Origin: Leucoraja ocellata
Taxonomy: Eukaryota
Direction of reading: 5' to 3'
Assembly (NCBI GenBank): GCA_036785375.1
Contig: JAWMAR010000612.1
Coordinates: 930,001-994,000 of the forward strand
Length of the DNA: 64,000 bases
The notes beneath the pieces are model-generated. The model searched no databases. It was given only the letters and a program-made list of their open reading frames with translations, and was not told the origin of the DNA. A program made the translations under genes and the position numbers. Shown piece after piece: positions 13,201 through 28,200 of this stretch; within the stretch, counting starts at the first letter, position 1; every line of letters begins with the position of its first letter.

Positions 13201-16200
13201 CATGAGCAGCATATGGATCTTTCAATTTAATGTCCTGTATAAGTAAATAACTGATGAAGTAAATATCCCGTATACGTAAATAGCTCAATAAACAAATGAC
13301 AGTCATAACAAAATTAATCACAAATTAATATTTGTTGGTGTTGCTTTGGAATTAACAGGTCCGCCCCAGGTTACTGCAGGAGTTGCCAGGAACTATTCGC
13401 AACCCAAACAGTTCACGTAGAAATTGCTAAACGAGTTCCCACCATCAAACCCAGTCTCCCAAATACTGGGTGTACACAAGTTTGGCGTTTGTAAGTTGCC
13501 GGGTTTATGTATACTCTACGACCGTCAAACTGTGTTTATTTATTCTCAGAGAATGTGATGAACCAGTCCCCTTGACTGATGAAAGTATTAACATTTTGTA
13601 GGGCTCTATGCCACCCATGCCATAGTGATCATGAACCATAAGACAAGGGGAAATAACACCCTGTCTTTTCTCCTCCTGCCAAGGCACAACATCCAAATAA
13701 GCATGCTTACTTGCAACTGTCTTTGGGCAGTGATCAGGAGCCAAAACCATCCGTGACTCGTCATCTCCTGAATTAGATTCAAATTGTGACATGGACTCCC
13801 ACTTATTTCACATTGCCAATTCCCACTACAGTTGAGATAAGTTATCTCAAAGTTGAGTCCAGAACATTGAGCTCTACATCTTGATTGATCGGGTATCTCA
13901 ATGTGACAAAGCTCTCAGACAGAGGGAAGTGGGCCAATTGACTACTGAAATAACCAACATTAAAATGCAACATTTTGAAAGTATGTGTGCTAGTACCAGT
14001 TTTTAAAATGCATATCTTTCTGCAATGTACTGTTTGATAGATAACACCCCACATTAAATGACCCATCTCCACTGGGCAACACTGATATATATCAGCACAA
14101 CGAGGCAATAATGCAGTCATGTTTGGATTTTTAGGTCATACAGTAGTTAAGAATTAAATTTATGCCAGCTTAAATTCTGGCGTTGCTACTGGATATTTGG
14201 CACACATTCAGTCACTATGTCACATTCCAACAAACTACATACACTTTCCATTGTGGGGTCCACTCTTGCCCTTTTCTTCCTGGGTGGTTGTGGAGTTTCA
14301 CTGGTGCTACTTCCATCACCAGCTGTGGGGGCTAAAATAAAAAGTTAAACAGCTTACTTGCAGGCAATTTACAGCATTGGTACTTAAAATGTTTTTAATA
14401 AAAAAAAATAAAAAAATTGTAATGTAATTGTCTAATCCATCTGAAAGTTACAACACATCGACAGTTTGCAGACAGGACTGTCAAAGGTTTAGGCCAAAGT
14501 ATAATGTGTACAATCACTTGGTTAACCACTGATGAAGTGCTGCACAAACAGCCTTGAAAAATGGTCAAACCAATCAAGAAGCTGTAGCCATCGGAATACA
14601 CACATCCCAAGAAGAATACCAGCAATCAATCTTGAATGTGCTTGATTAATACGAGTAGACATCAGCTAGGCAGTTTGAAGACTATTCCAAAGAAAGGAAT
14701 CCAATATTTGTCAGCTTACTTCATTCTGCAAATCCTCCAAACTCCAAGCCCAAAATATTTATTGGATCTTGGAAATCTACAGAAGAAGTTGCCATTTGAT
14801 AATCATGCGTTCCCACCCCTCCCCCCCTGCTGCGGATGTAGCCTGCACCCATGTCCCGTAGTTCTATCCTCACTCCCCCTCCCTTCAGAAGGACAAGGAG
14901 AGAGTTACCCTGGTCTTGGTTCTCACCTTTCACCCCACCAATCTCTGCATCCAATACATCATTCCCTGACCTTTCTGCCAACTGCCAGAGCCCCAGGTTC
15001 GATCCCGACTACGGGTGCTGTCTGGAGAGTTTGTACGTTCTCCCCGTGACCTGCGTGGGTTTTCTCCAAGATCTTCGGTTTCCTCCCACATTCCAAAGAC
15101 GTACAGGTATGTAGGTTAATTGGCTTGGTAAATGTAAAAATTGTCCCTAGTGGATGTAGTATGGTGTTAATGTGCCGGGATCACTGGTTGGCACGGACCT
15201 GGTGGGACTAGCTACGTTCCCCTAAGACAACACTTGTCCCTACACCACCTCTCACCTCTATCTTGGGACCCTGCAATTTTTCCAGCTGAAGCAGAAGTTC
15301 ACATGCACCTCTTCAAACCCTGTCCTCTGCATCCATTGTTCTCAATGTGCTTTCTGTTACATCGGCAAGACTAAGCATGAACCAAACACCTGCGCTTAGC
15401 CCACCAAGGCTTGCTGGATCTCCCAGTTGTTAACCATTTTTGTTCCCCTTCTCATTCCCATGTTGACCTTTTGGTCCTCGGCCTCCTCCATTGCCAGAGT
15501 GAGGTCACAGGAAAACTTGGAACAGCACCTTGTATTCAGCTTGAGTAGCTTAAACCCAATGGTATGAACTTTGAATTCCCTAATTTCACGTAATACCCAC
15601 CCACCTTCTTTCCCTCTCCCCCACCCTGTCGCACACAAACGTATCCCAGCATTTCCCACCCCATCCAAGCCACCCTGTTCTTTTTCCCTCCTCTGTACGC
15701 TCATCTACCATCCCCTTTCATCCATATCTGGCTCCACATTTCATTCCTCTTTCCTTATCTGACAGCCTTTTGCCCCCTTTTTACCTGTAGACTTTGTCAC
15801 TTACTCCACCCATCTACCAATCAATCCCCCCCACCTTTATCCACCGATCGCTTGCCAGACTTTGTCCCACACCATCTCTTTTCCAGCTTTTTCCCTCGTT
15901 CCATTAGTCTGAAGAAGAGCCCCTACCCAAATCATCATCTGTCCATTCCCACCACCAATGCTGCCTGATCTGCCAAGTTCCTCCCACATGTTTTTTTACT
16001 CAATATTCCAGCATCTGTGATCCCTTGCATCATCTGATCACCTCTGTTGGCTCCAAGTCATGTTTGGTCCCAGAGCACCAGCTTTATTATAATTAGCAAC
16101 TTTTCTGATAGTCCTCTGGATCCTAACAATTACATTAAAACGTTTCTCCCAATTGTTCTTCTGCAGTTCATAATCTGACCTCCATTATCCATTCTCCAAA

Positions 16201-19200
16201 GAGAATTGTTTTTCTCTATTAATTCTATCACATATTGAAAAAGGCCAATATCGTTTGCCCTTCCAAAAGCTTTAAGAGAAATTCATCAGTCACCAATCTT
16301 TTCCATATACAGCTTCAGCCACACAAATGAAGAAATCAGTTAGGCAGTGATAATGATGATCACGTCAAACTGGTTTTAACATCACCTGCGTCAGACCTGT
16401 ATTCAGCTATTAATCCCAGTATTATACAGATCAATGAATTAACAAAATGGCAAAAGACTATGCAACTGAGAAAAGAGTTAAATGCACTAATGGATGCTCC
16501 TCAAAATTAAAAACTAGACAATGAAATAATGTTCTCTATCATTTCAATAATTGACAGCAGTGCTACAGCTAAATCAATTAAGCACTGTAGGTTACAGTTA
16601 GTGTCATACATAGAAGACACTAATAATTTTGAAAAGACTGGGATGTTGCTCTATGTATCATTGCAAAGGCATCAGTTAGTAATGGCATAATTATATTTCT
16701 GAGATCAAACATCACCGAGAGTAAAATAAATGACCCAATTCAAAATAATTATATGGGGATGTATTACATCTAGACAGAAGCAAGATGGGGACTTCTGGTT
16801 AGCATCCCATTTGTAAGAGTGACAGTCTCAGGCTTTTATTGCTCAAGTATCTGGTCCCACCTTAATCACAGCTGACACAAGGAAGAAACTAACTCAAGAT
16901 CTTGTATGCAAGCCATAACATTTGTCAATTGTTCGAAGGTTCTATACAATAGCGAAGATTTGAATCATGTTTTAAGCAAGCTTACCTTTCTGTTTATTCT
17001 TCTTTGTTTTTCTGAAATAAAACATTATGAATTGTATGTCAAACATAAATGCAATTCTTTAGTCTCAATGAAGAAACACTTTCAAATAGTGAGCCAACAA
17101 ATAGATTTTTACTGCAAAGTGAAAAAAGGCACCGCCATTTGCACCTTGCACTGTATGCAGGAAATTAGTATGAGAAATCAAAACTAATAGTTTTCATTGC
17201 AACAGACACGTTATCTTATTTAATAATCTTGCTGAAAAACAGGTTCTTAATTTTCTTTCTGTTGGTTAGGGACACGAGGATTATGTCACTGCTACAATAG
17301 ACATTTCTCCTTCCTATTCCTCAAATATCTCGCTCTATCCTTTATATAGCCATAGGCATTGAAGAGACTGCCAGGGCAAACATTCACTTGGAATGCATTC
17401 CATTAACATTATTCTCATTAATGAGCAAGTAACCCGTTTGTGCTACCTTTGAACGGGTGCAAAATGCTTTAATTCCATTCACAACATTTTCTCACTATGA
17501 TTTTACATTTCATTTAAATATTCAGTTATTGAAGTTACTGCTCATTTTTCAACTTACGGTTGCAAGATGTTCATTTTCCAACATGTGCAAGTAAAATATT
17601 TGTGCAAGTAAAATATTTCTACAAATGTTTGCATTTTCCCTCAAATCATCCACTTAACAATTCTAGCAAACTTACAAGGTTAACAATATTTGTGGCAATT
17701 TTTTAATCCTAGTATATTGGCATTTGGAACATGCAGACAATCTATATACCTACGTGAAGGCAAGGAAAGAAGGATGATGATGGGACACATCAAATGTTTA
17801 CTCCTTACGTTGAAGAGTTTTCAAATGAAACAGCAAAAATTTGATTTTGAAATTCACTAGGCCTGGGTCTCAAAACATTCTCCTGTCGCAGACACGTTTA
17901 AGTTGCGTATTAGGGTCAACTGGCTGAGTGCTTGAAGAGTACAAGAACGTTTCAAAGGAACTTTCTGAAAGTTGTTCAGTAGTTTATTTAAAAATCCAAG
18001 CAAAACCTTCCTCAAATCAGGATGCCCCAAATATCAGTGTTTAAAAAACCCATCTCACCCACCACAGATGAGCATTATGAATCTGCAAGTATGCGGATAT
18101 TTTAACAATGGATGCAAACCTAATTCTTCAGTAGACTTTGGCATGTTGTCGAATAATCTCTTGAATTCCTACAGGTGTATAGTGGAAAGCATACCGGCCT
18201 GGTTCAGTAACTCAAATGTTGAAAAACAAACAAGGCTATAGAAAGTAGTGGACATTGCCCCATCCAGCACAGGTATTGACCTGCCCACAAAGGGATCTAC
18301 AGGAAACACTACATCGAGGCAGCAGCTAATATTAAAAAATCCTCACCACCCTGGCCGCACTCTCATCTCACTACAGCCGTTAGGAAGATGGTACAAAGAT
18401 TTGAGAACAGTTACCTCCAGGATCAAGATCAGCCTCGCCCCATTAACCATTAGGCTCTTGAACCACTCTGCACAAACCTTCCTCAACAATGCACCACTAT
18501 GGATTTTGCGTACAGTTGATTTATTTATATCAGCTTGCACTATTGTGGTCTGGTTACCCAGAATAACTGATAAAGATACAACAAACAATTATTATTTGAT
18601 TACCATATAACCATATAGCCATATAACAATTACAGCACGGAAACAGGCCATCTCGACCCTTCTAGTCCGTGCCAAACACATAATCTCCCCTAGTCCCATA
18701 TACCTGCGCTCAGACCATAACCCTCCATTCCCTTCCCATCCATATAACTATCCAATTTATTTTTAAATGATAAAAACAAACCTGCCTCCACCACCTTCAC
18801 TGGAAGCTCATTCCACACAGCTACCACTACAATAATTTCTTTGATGTGCTGTTGCATTGATGTGCTTGTAGAGTTGCGGCTGGTAAGAATTTCATTGTTC
18901 TGATCCTGATGCATATGACATTTGAGCACTTGACCTGCCTCTATTCAATCCAAACTTTCCACATTAACGCTCTGCAGGAGTTATCTCCCACTCCACTTCA
19001 TCTCAAAACATCACCATTTTCTTTCAAGCCTTTCGCCCTTATTTATCTACATTTTATATATTAAAGCCATGCCAATGGCCTCAAACGCACAATGTGGAGG
19101 TGAATTCTCGCGTCTTATTACTATAGAAATGCTCTTGAATTAGCCCATTAATTTATTATCATATATTGATAGATCCAAGTCACTTACATTTCAACATTCT

Positions 19201-22200
19201 TTTGTTGCATTGTGGAAGCCTTCTTGGCCGGTGCAGCGCCCCTCATCTTGCCCTCTGCCCATTGCTCTCTAAAGAGTTAAAAATGAAATCACACGGAATG
19301 AGGCGCTGCTTAAACATCAGCATTAATAGTTTGGCGATTCATTCATTTATACATCATTAAATATTCCAGTTCCACGTCATCATCTTCAAAAATCCACGAT
19401 ACACTGTCTTGTTCACATTAAAATTGAAAGTACATTATGGCAAACTCAGTATAATCATATTCTGCTCATAACATGCTCGGCCAATAAGGCAAGTTGTATT
19501 GCAAGCGGCCATATTTTAAAAAGCGCCGTTGTCTGTAACAATGTGGGATATGGACATTGGGAAAGTTAATGTGTAAATAGGATGCTCTCCTGCTTCACAT
19601 AACTTTACTATTGCATTCTGTCCTTAATAATTCTAAGGTTCAAGATGGGAAATTATTTCGTTTTTTCGTTTGAGTTACACAACCCAGAAACAGGTCCTTC
19701 AGCTCAAAGTGCCCATTTACTCCAATCTCATTTTATTCTTCCATTATTCCTGTCAACTGTCCCAAGTTTCAACAATTCACCTGCATAGCAGAGTTAGCCA
19801 TTTGACAGTAGCCAATTAATCTACCAATCTAGTCTTAGAAAATGGGAGAAAATGTAAGCACTGGGAGGAAACCTATCTCACGAGAAAGTGCAGATTCCAT
19901 ACAGACAGCACTAGAAATCAGAATTGAACAAAAGTTGTTGGAACCGAGACAGCAGTCCCAATCATCGTGCCCTCCTTCCTGTTTAATGATTGCTGTTTTT
20001 CCTTAGACTTCTCAGACAAGTTTCAATTCGGATATAGAATGGCATGAAGAATTTTGGTCAGCTCTTCTTGTACTCCATGCAACAGTGTGTCCAGTTTTCT
20101 ATGATAACGCTTCCTGAATGGTTTTGAAGGCATTTTATGATGTTATAGAGGTTTTAAAGAGATTGCTGCTTGCCCAGCAAATTGAAGAAAAAGTTGGCTT
20201 TATCCTAAAATGTTTAGTCCCCAAGTCCCTTGGCCAATAAGTGTAATTTCTTCTTTCATCAGTACCATTCACATACTCACTGATTAGCCTTTTGTAGTTC
20301 TTTCTGCTTTTGCAGGTTTGTGTCCACATACTTCAGCACTCTGCTCTCTGGAACCCATTCATCCCAACTAAAAACAGAGAGAGAGATTAATAAGACAAGA
20401 CGAAAGCAAAGTATTAGAAAAAATAAATCACCTTATCTGAAATTGTCATGCTTTATTTCTTGACATTACTGAAAATGTTTAAAAATATCAAAAGACTCTG
20501 AATTTAAACAAGCAGCTCTGATGACGTCACAATGGGTCTGCTTCGCATGGCCTCACGCACACAATCTTCCACGCGCCTCAAGTGACATCACCCCCAACCC
20601 CTCCCTCCCAGGTTATTCAAAGGACGCATAAAGAACGAGCCCGGAATTGAAGTGGGGCCCTGTACTGGAGCGGCCAAACTCGCGGTCCTTGGGTCGACGT
20701 CCGCCCGTCGCCTGGTGGGGAGGCTGCTGCTGCGGACCACCCTCTATGCCCCCCCCCCCTCCTCCCTCCTTCTCAGCCCCCCACTCACCCTCCCTCTCTT
20801 TAGCCGCGCCTGCAAAGTTGGGGGCTATGCGTGTGGATAGGGCGGGGGATGGGCTATTGGAGCAAATGAATAATAGTGCTTCCGCACCTCAAAAAAAAAA
20901 AATCCTGAAATAGAATTCCAAATTACCTGGAATTTGATGGTACTTCCCGGCCTGGTAAGCCTTCCCCAACCGCGCACGTGCGACTGCTGCCCCAACTGCG
21001 CACGCACGGATACCGGGCCCACTGCTCGCGCGCAGGGGACGGCGTCCCTACCGCGTCACCGCCACCGTTTTCAATTGTGACGTGGCTGACGGGGCTCCCC
21101 CAACTGCGCAGGCACAGATGGTCATAAATATACAGGTACATACTTTTTTCCCCCTCAAATCATCCCGTGCCGCTGATTGGACTCCTTCGCGACTTCCCCA
21201 GCGCATGCGCAGTGGGACTGGTATGCGTGCGCAGTTGGGGCGGCAGTCGCACATGCGCAGGTGGGGAAGGCTTACTGGGCCGGGAAATTTCCCGAAATTA
21301 TTTAATTTCCCTAAAATTACCCGAAGAAAACCCGAATTTCGGGTAATTTCCTTCAAAGTGGAAACACTGAGTGAAAGATAAAGTTAGATTAAACGAGAGA
21401 ATGCATTGGAATATCACTGAACAGGGCTCAATGGTATCTGATGGTTCGAATACCATCGGGGTTAAAAACAGCAAGAATTTAGGCCTTGTTGTTGGGTTCA
21501 GGTCATAAATCAGCAAAAAGATATCTCTTACAGCTTGAAAAGGTGAAGAGAGAATATTCCACTCCATGCACTGTTAATTCTTGCACATCACTGCACTGAT
21601 CATTCCATACATTGAACCAGCCAAACAGCAATCATAGTGGCCCAGGATACAGAATTTCCTTATTTTCTCAACCCAAATGAGCTACCAACCTTCGCTCAGG
21701 AATTACATGCTACCCAATTATATTTTTGACCTGCTGCAGACAAAGGTTATTCAGCCTCTGTTTGCTTCAATCTCTCATGTTCTATCAAGAGGTTGCTCTC
21801 ATATTCCCCACATCATTCCGTACATTACACAGCCGGTGATCCAATCTAGTACAATTCCCACATTCGCTGTAACCATCCCAAGCTCCAACCTTGCATATTC
21901 AATCAAGCTTTCTTCAAACATCATTGGCATCCTTCCAAAAGATGATCCTACTTCTCACCCAGCACGCATTCCTATCATTTCCGTTGAGCCTCAGCAATCT
22001 GCTATTGATCCCCTTCTATTCATTGTGCAGCTGTCTGGCAATAACTTGAATACAGAAAACAATACCCATTTATGTCTCCCAACTTGACTACTCCCAAGAC
22101 AGCTAGACATTTTTGTCCAACATCCTTGTATAGGATGAGTCACAGTCTCCTGCAGTTTAATGCAACGAAAGTGAAGTAATTCTTCACAATTTTTACCGAC

Positions 22201-25200
22201 AAAAGCTCACAGTACTCAATACGATCAACTATTGAGTACCAAAGCGGTTTATTTTCATGAAGATTATGACGGGCGAAGTTGAACCAAAAATTAAGTAGCT
22301 TCTCTGGAAGTGACAAAGCAGAACGAGTGGGCCATCTGGCTTCCTTCCATCCTGTATGATTCTATGATTAAGAGATCTGATTTTTAAAGTGTTTAGCGAC
22401 CATGAGATCACATAAGCCTAGGTACACTGAGCGGAGGTGTTCAGCGAAACAATCACCGAGTCTGTGGTTGGTCTCGCCACACCTGGAACAGCAGATACAG
22501 CAAGTTCTTCTATAAACTCAATGAAGGCAGAAAAATTCAAAAGTTTACTGCCTGCACAGCAAAGTCCAATGAGTCAATATTTAATTTAATTGCAGCTGCA
22601 TTTAATCTGGGCTGCATGCTAGAATTTGACTCGCCTCCAAGAGTCGTACTGTACATGTAAAACAAAAGGACATGCAAACAAAAGGCAATAATGTAAAATC
22701 AAGATACAACAAGTATATTGGTGATAAAAACAAACTACTCTCAGGACAGGTTTTTCTAGTTGTACAGAATCAGGGTTAATGAGAAAACATTTACATTGCT
22801 ATCATTACGTATGATGAAATGACACTAGAATTCTAACAACCAATATATTTCTAGATTAATGGGGCTGCAGATTCTAGTATATGAACCGAAATAAGCTTGT
22901 GGTCTTAAAATTGATGATTAAATAGAGGCTTTAGGCTTTTAGAATTTTCTTCCTAAACCACCAACAACCAGACAAATCTGAGGACGGATTATTGTTTAGT
23001 GTCAGCAAATTGACAATACATGTTACAGAGTCGTGGGTTTTAGAAACCAACCATTTACTTCTACAAGGGGAAGCCAGGGGGCCACATGCCAGTTGGCAGT
23101 TGAGGGAATGAACAACTTCAGATTTGAGAGCATTAACATTTCAAATGACCTGTATTCATGAAGAAGGTACACCAATGCCTCTGCTTTCTTAGAAGTTTAA
23201 AGAGATTTGGCATACCACTGTATACTCTAAATTGGCTACAGATGCACAGTAAAAAGGGGCCTGACTGGTTGCATCATGGTCTGATGCGGTAATTCCAACA
23301 CACAGGATCATAAGTTGCTGAGATTAGTGGATTCAACACAGTCCAAGATGGGCACAGACCTCCCATCAACAAAAGCATTTACATGAGGCGATGCCTCAAA
23401 AAAATGCCATCAATTGATAAGGATCCCCACCACCTGGGCAAGACCCTCATTACTTTTCATTGTACAAGTACCTCAACGTGCTTGTGCATATGCCAAACTT
23501 CACTCCTCGCCGCTACTGTCAGGTTAGAGGTACAGCTCCTCAAGTACCACATCATCAGGTTCAGGAACTGGTACTTTCCTACAATAATCAAGTTCTTGAA
23601 CCCTGTTGCACAATCCTAATCCTACCTCGACAATTGAACACTATGGATTACCTCTTGCACTATCATTAATTTGTTTCCGCCCCCCCCAATTCTGCTTTGC
23701 ACGAATGTCTTTTTTTTTCTTGCAGTCTTTCTTTTTACTGTCTTCAAAATTTTGTGTGTAAATTATGTAAGATTTATAGAATAGAATACGTTTATTGTCA
23801 TTGCACAACAACTGTACAACAAAATTCCATTGCATCTCCTTCGGTGTGTACACAGAAGACACAGGATAAAAGATTTAAAAAGAACAAAACACAACAGCCA
23901 TCGACTCACATATACACAAGATCAGTAAAGAAAATAATAAATTATTATCCAAGTCTACATGCCTATGATGTCGCTGCAAGAAAGATTTTCATTGCATCTG
24001 CACTTCACCGTACATATGCATATGACAATAAACTCAACTTAGTTTAGTGATACAGCATGGAAAGAGGCTCTTCGGCCCACCGAGTTTGTGCCAACCAACG
24101 ATCACCCCGACACGAGTTCTATCCTACACAAACTGACTATTTACAGAAGCCAATTAATGTACAAACCTGCGCATCTTTGGCGTGTGGGAGGAGACTGGAG
24201 AACCCAGAGAAACCCCACGCAGTCAAATGGAGAATGTACAAACTCCATACAGACAGCACCCATGGTCAGGATCAAACCCAAGTCACTGGTGCTGCACGGC
24301 AGCAACTCTGCCACTGCGCCACCGACAACTTGCCCTGCAGAGCTCCTGTCACAAAGTCTCACTTGACTAGAAGACTCCATTACAACATTCAAGGTTGCTC
24401 CATATCCCAGTTAGCTATTATTTCTCAAAAACTACCCAGAAAGCCACTTAGCATTTATTTTCTACAACAAATTCAAAATTATGGTACCAGATATTTTCAT
24501 TTCTCCTTTCTTGTTCTACATATCTTCACACCCTCATAAAACACACAAATCTTAAAATTATTTACTCATTTAACTTTATTCTATTTTAAAGATAGTGACA
24601 GGTAAAACAGATGAGAGGTATTTTATTGTTTATTTTATTGTTTAAATGCAACAATTTACAGATTGGAGTGTATTGTCTACAAGTTGATTTTATAACATTC
24701 AGATCTAAAAATATAATTGGATTGAAGTCTGTGGTGGGGATGGAATCATTGGACAATGGAAAAAGGGCATAGAAAAGCAGTTACTTCAAAAAACTATGAC
24801 AGTCAAATTGGATCAAATCACATCCTACTATGATATTTGAATACAATTGGCTCACTATCTTCTCACTGTGTAAACTGGCATTGATGATTCACAATATTAA
24901 AGATTGCTCTACAGGATACTATAGCCACAGAATTAATTTCAACCGATTTAAGCCAGTTTATATGAAGAAACTGCACTGATTTTTACCAGACTAAAATACA
25001 GCAGTTAATAAAGTATTTCAATTTGAAAGTCAAAATGAAATCAAGAACTCAGCAGTAGTGGAAAAAAGCAGAGGCAGAATCAGTTATCAACATTAATGGT
25101 AATATGACACTGCATTAGAGAAGCGTCAGTCCCTCAGGATCAGTCACTCCCTCAAGCATGCACACTAAATAGTTTTACATTTTCAGCTTCACATCAACTT

Positions 25201-28200
25201 GTTAATGACATTATTTTTACAGCCAGACTTTAAAATACTTTAATTTAACCCCAATTCGTTTTGAGGTACAGCATGAAAACAGGCCCTTCAGCCCACCAAA
25301 GATGGACACAAAATGCTGGAGTAACTCAGCGGGACAGGCAGCATCTCTGGAGAGAAGGGATGGGTGAAGTTTCAGGTCGAAACCTTCTTCAGCCCACCAA
25401 GTCCATACAGCCCATTGGTCACCCATTCTCACTAATTCTACACTATCCCACTTTCTTATCAATTCCCTACACATTGGGCCAATTTTACTGAGCCCAACTA
25501 ACCTACAATTCTGCATGTCTTTGGGATGTGGGAGTAAACCAATGAAAACCAACACAGTCATATGGAGAACATGAAAAACAGAGGGGACCCAAGGCGAGGA
25601 TGAAACCTGTATCTCTGGCGTTGTAAGGCAGCAGCTCTATCGGCGGCACGACTGTGATGCCCTGGTCATTAATGAAAGAGTTTTCCACAAGCTCATTTCT
25701 CAAGTTAATTCAGCTTCCCAATGTAATTTGTATTGCGCTCCCCGATGGTGCTGGCACTTTGCACCATAGGCAGCAACAACCTTCCATTATTTGCATTAGA
25801 TAGAGCATGTCAGCGGGCATGTGCAAGCACTAGTCAGGAACAGAGAATTGTAGTTATTTTGCTCCTAAATTCAGGGACTTTAATCAACAGTGGCTGAAAA
25901 TATATTTCTGACACAACTGACTGCAACAAATATGAAATTCAGAATGTAACATTAATATTCATACTATTTTAAAGTTACTTCTATCACAGAACTTTCACCA
26001 CTTAATTCTGAATCGCTGTGAACATTAATTTTCTAGAGAATTTTTGGGGGGATTTTTATCATTCCAAACACCAAAAACAGTATTATTTTTTCAGTCTTAA
26101 TTAAAAATTCTAACTAGTCTTTACAATACCTGCATTCTTGACGATACCACACATCTAAGCTGTTTGAATAGGTGAAATAATAAAGAATTACATATATGGC
26201 ATTTTCTCTCATGAACCTATCCTATAAATGTACATTTAGCACTAAAATAGGCACTTTAGGCACCCAGCAAAAATATAATGCATTTTTTGTTGTTGCCTAC
26301 TTATGATAGGCACCGTGACAAGGCATTATTCACCCCCAAGAGTGTGTCTTCAGAATGGCACGCAGTTGCCCAAAATTGACAATGGTACTGTTGTGTCAAT
26401 TATTTCATTTTACAATAATTATATAAAAATATTCTATCATGAATTCTGATTTTATTTAATGATTTTCCATGTGTGCAAAGAAATAATGCCTTTTATATTG
26501 CCCCAATTTATCTTAAAAAATCAAATTTATATTTTGTATTATGTATAGTAAATTTATATACTTGACATCACTGGAGCAAGCGATAGTTATCTACCCAGAA
26601 TAATTTATATGCAGTTATACAATTTCTTTTCTGGGATGTATCCCCAATTCAGGGAATGAGTTGACTTTATTTTTTTCTGCCAAGCAATAAATTGTAGAGA
26701 CACACCTATGGCAAGCTACACTCTGGCTTTAACCAATGGAACAACAAGCCATTCAATCTTTCAAACCAGTTCAATCATTTAAAATCTTATCTGACCTATG
26801 ACCCAACACCACATGGAGGAAGGAACTGCAGATGCTGGTTTACACTGAAGATAGACACAAAATGCTGGAGTAACTCAGCTGGACAGGCAGTATCTCTGGA
26901 GAGAAGAAATGGGTGAGGTTTCAGGTCAAGACCCTTCTTCAGACCCAACCCCATTCACTTGTCCTTTCCCCTTATGCCTTAAACCATTAGATTTAAAATC
27001 TACCACTTCCATTGTGTTTCTCCAACTCAGCTCATGAGCAAAGAGCAGAAGAAGGCATGCAGACCCAAAACCAACACATTCCCAAATGGCTAATTCAAAA
27101 GTACCTTACGTCTCTTCACTTCTCTCTGTACTGATCATTCATCAGGAGAAGAGAACAAAGGTGAACAAAGCCAAGGGTTTGCCTTTAACCAGTTACGGTG
27201 GATGGACAAGAGCTGACATATCTTCTCACCTTTCATTCTTCTACCATTTGAGGCCCAATCACTGCATTGGCCAAGATCAAGAACAAGGAAGGAAACCAAC
27301 TTACTGAAAGGGACTGGACGCAATCTGCAGTAAACTGCAGAAAAGAATGTAGCTTGCAACATTCTAAACTTCTGATAGCTTAATTTTTTTATGCCACTTC
27401 AATAGTTCTGTACATGCACATGGATTTGCAGTAGAGATTATTAAAAAAACAAAACATTTAGAACCAATTGATCTGTCAGCCCAGAATGTTTCACTAATAG
27501 AATGCCACACAGATCAATACTGGGCCTCAGATCTTGACAGCTCATATTATTGACCAATTATAAGAATGTGTATTGCAATCATATTTGCTGATGATAAAAC
27601 TGGTTGGGAAATGGGGAGGTCAGAAGAGTGGTAAAAGCTCAAGTGGACAAATGTGTGAAATGGAGTATTATGGGCAGAAACGTAAAAGTTATTCATTCTT
27701 GATAGTACATAAATAGCTCTCTAAATGACAAACTAGCAATAATGGTTTGTGCAGAAGAATCAATATACTGCTTAAATGAAATGAAAAAAACAGGTGCAGC
27801 AAATGATGACGAAGAAAAATGGGACATTACTGTGAGGAGCTTAGTGCACAAATTAAGGAAGCTTTGCTGAAATTGTACAGAGCTTGATGAGACAATATCA
27901 TCAGTATTGCATGCAGGCTTGGTTTCTGTTTGCAAAGATGCTCGCCTCAGTGTCATTGCAGCAGGGTTCTCCAAAAGTGCTTCCAGGGATGTAGGAATTG
28001 TCCTGTTAAGAGTTAGAAACATAGAAAAATAGGTGCAGGAGTAAGCCATTCAGCCCTTCGAGCCAGCACCGCCATTCAATATGGCTGATCATCTAAAATC
28101 AGTACCCCATTCCTTACTTTTCCCCCCATATCCCTTGAGTCCTTTAGCCCTAAGAGCTAAATCTAATTATCTCTTGAAAACATCCAGTGAATTAGCCTCC

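Noticed and set aside
16340-16400. Box C-like ATGATGA suggesting an intronic snoRNA
   Set aside because: Antisense to the host gene, with no convincing D box or terminal stem
17584-17617. 17-bp tandem duplication TGTGCAAGTAAAATATT x2
   Set aside because: Simple local duplication with no sign of function
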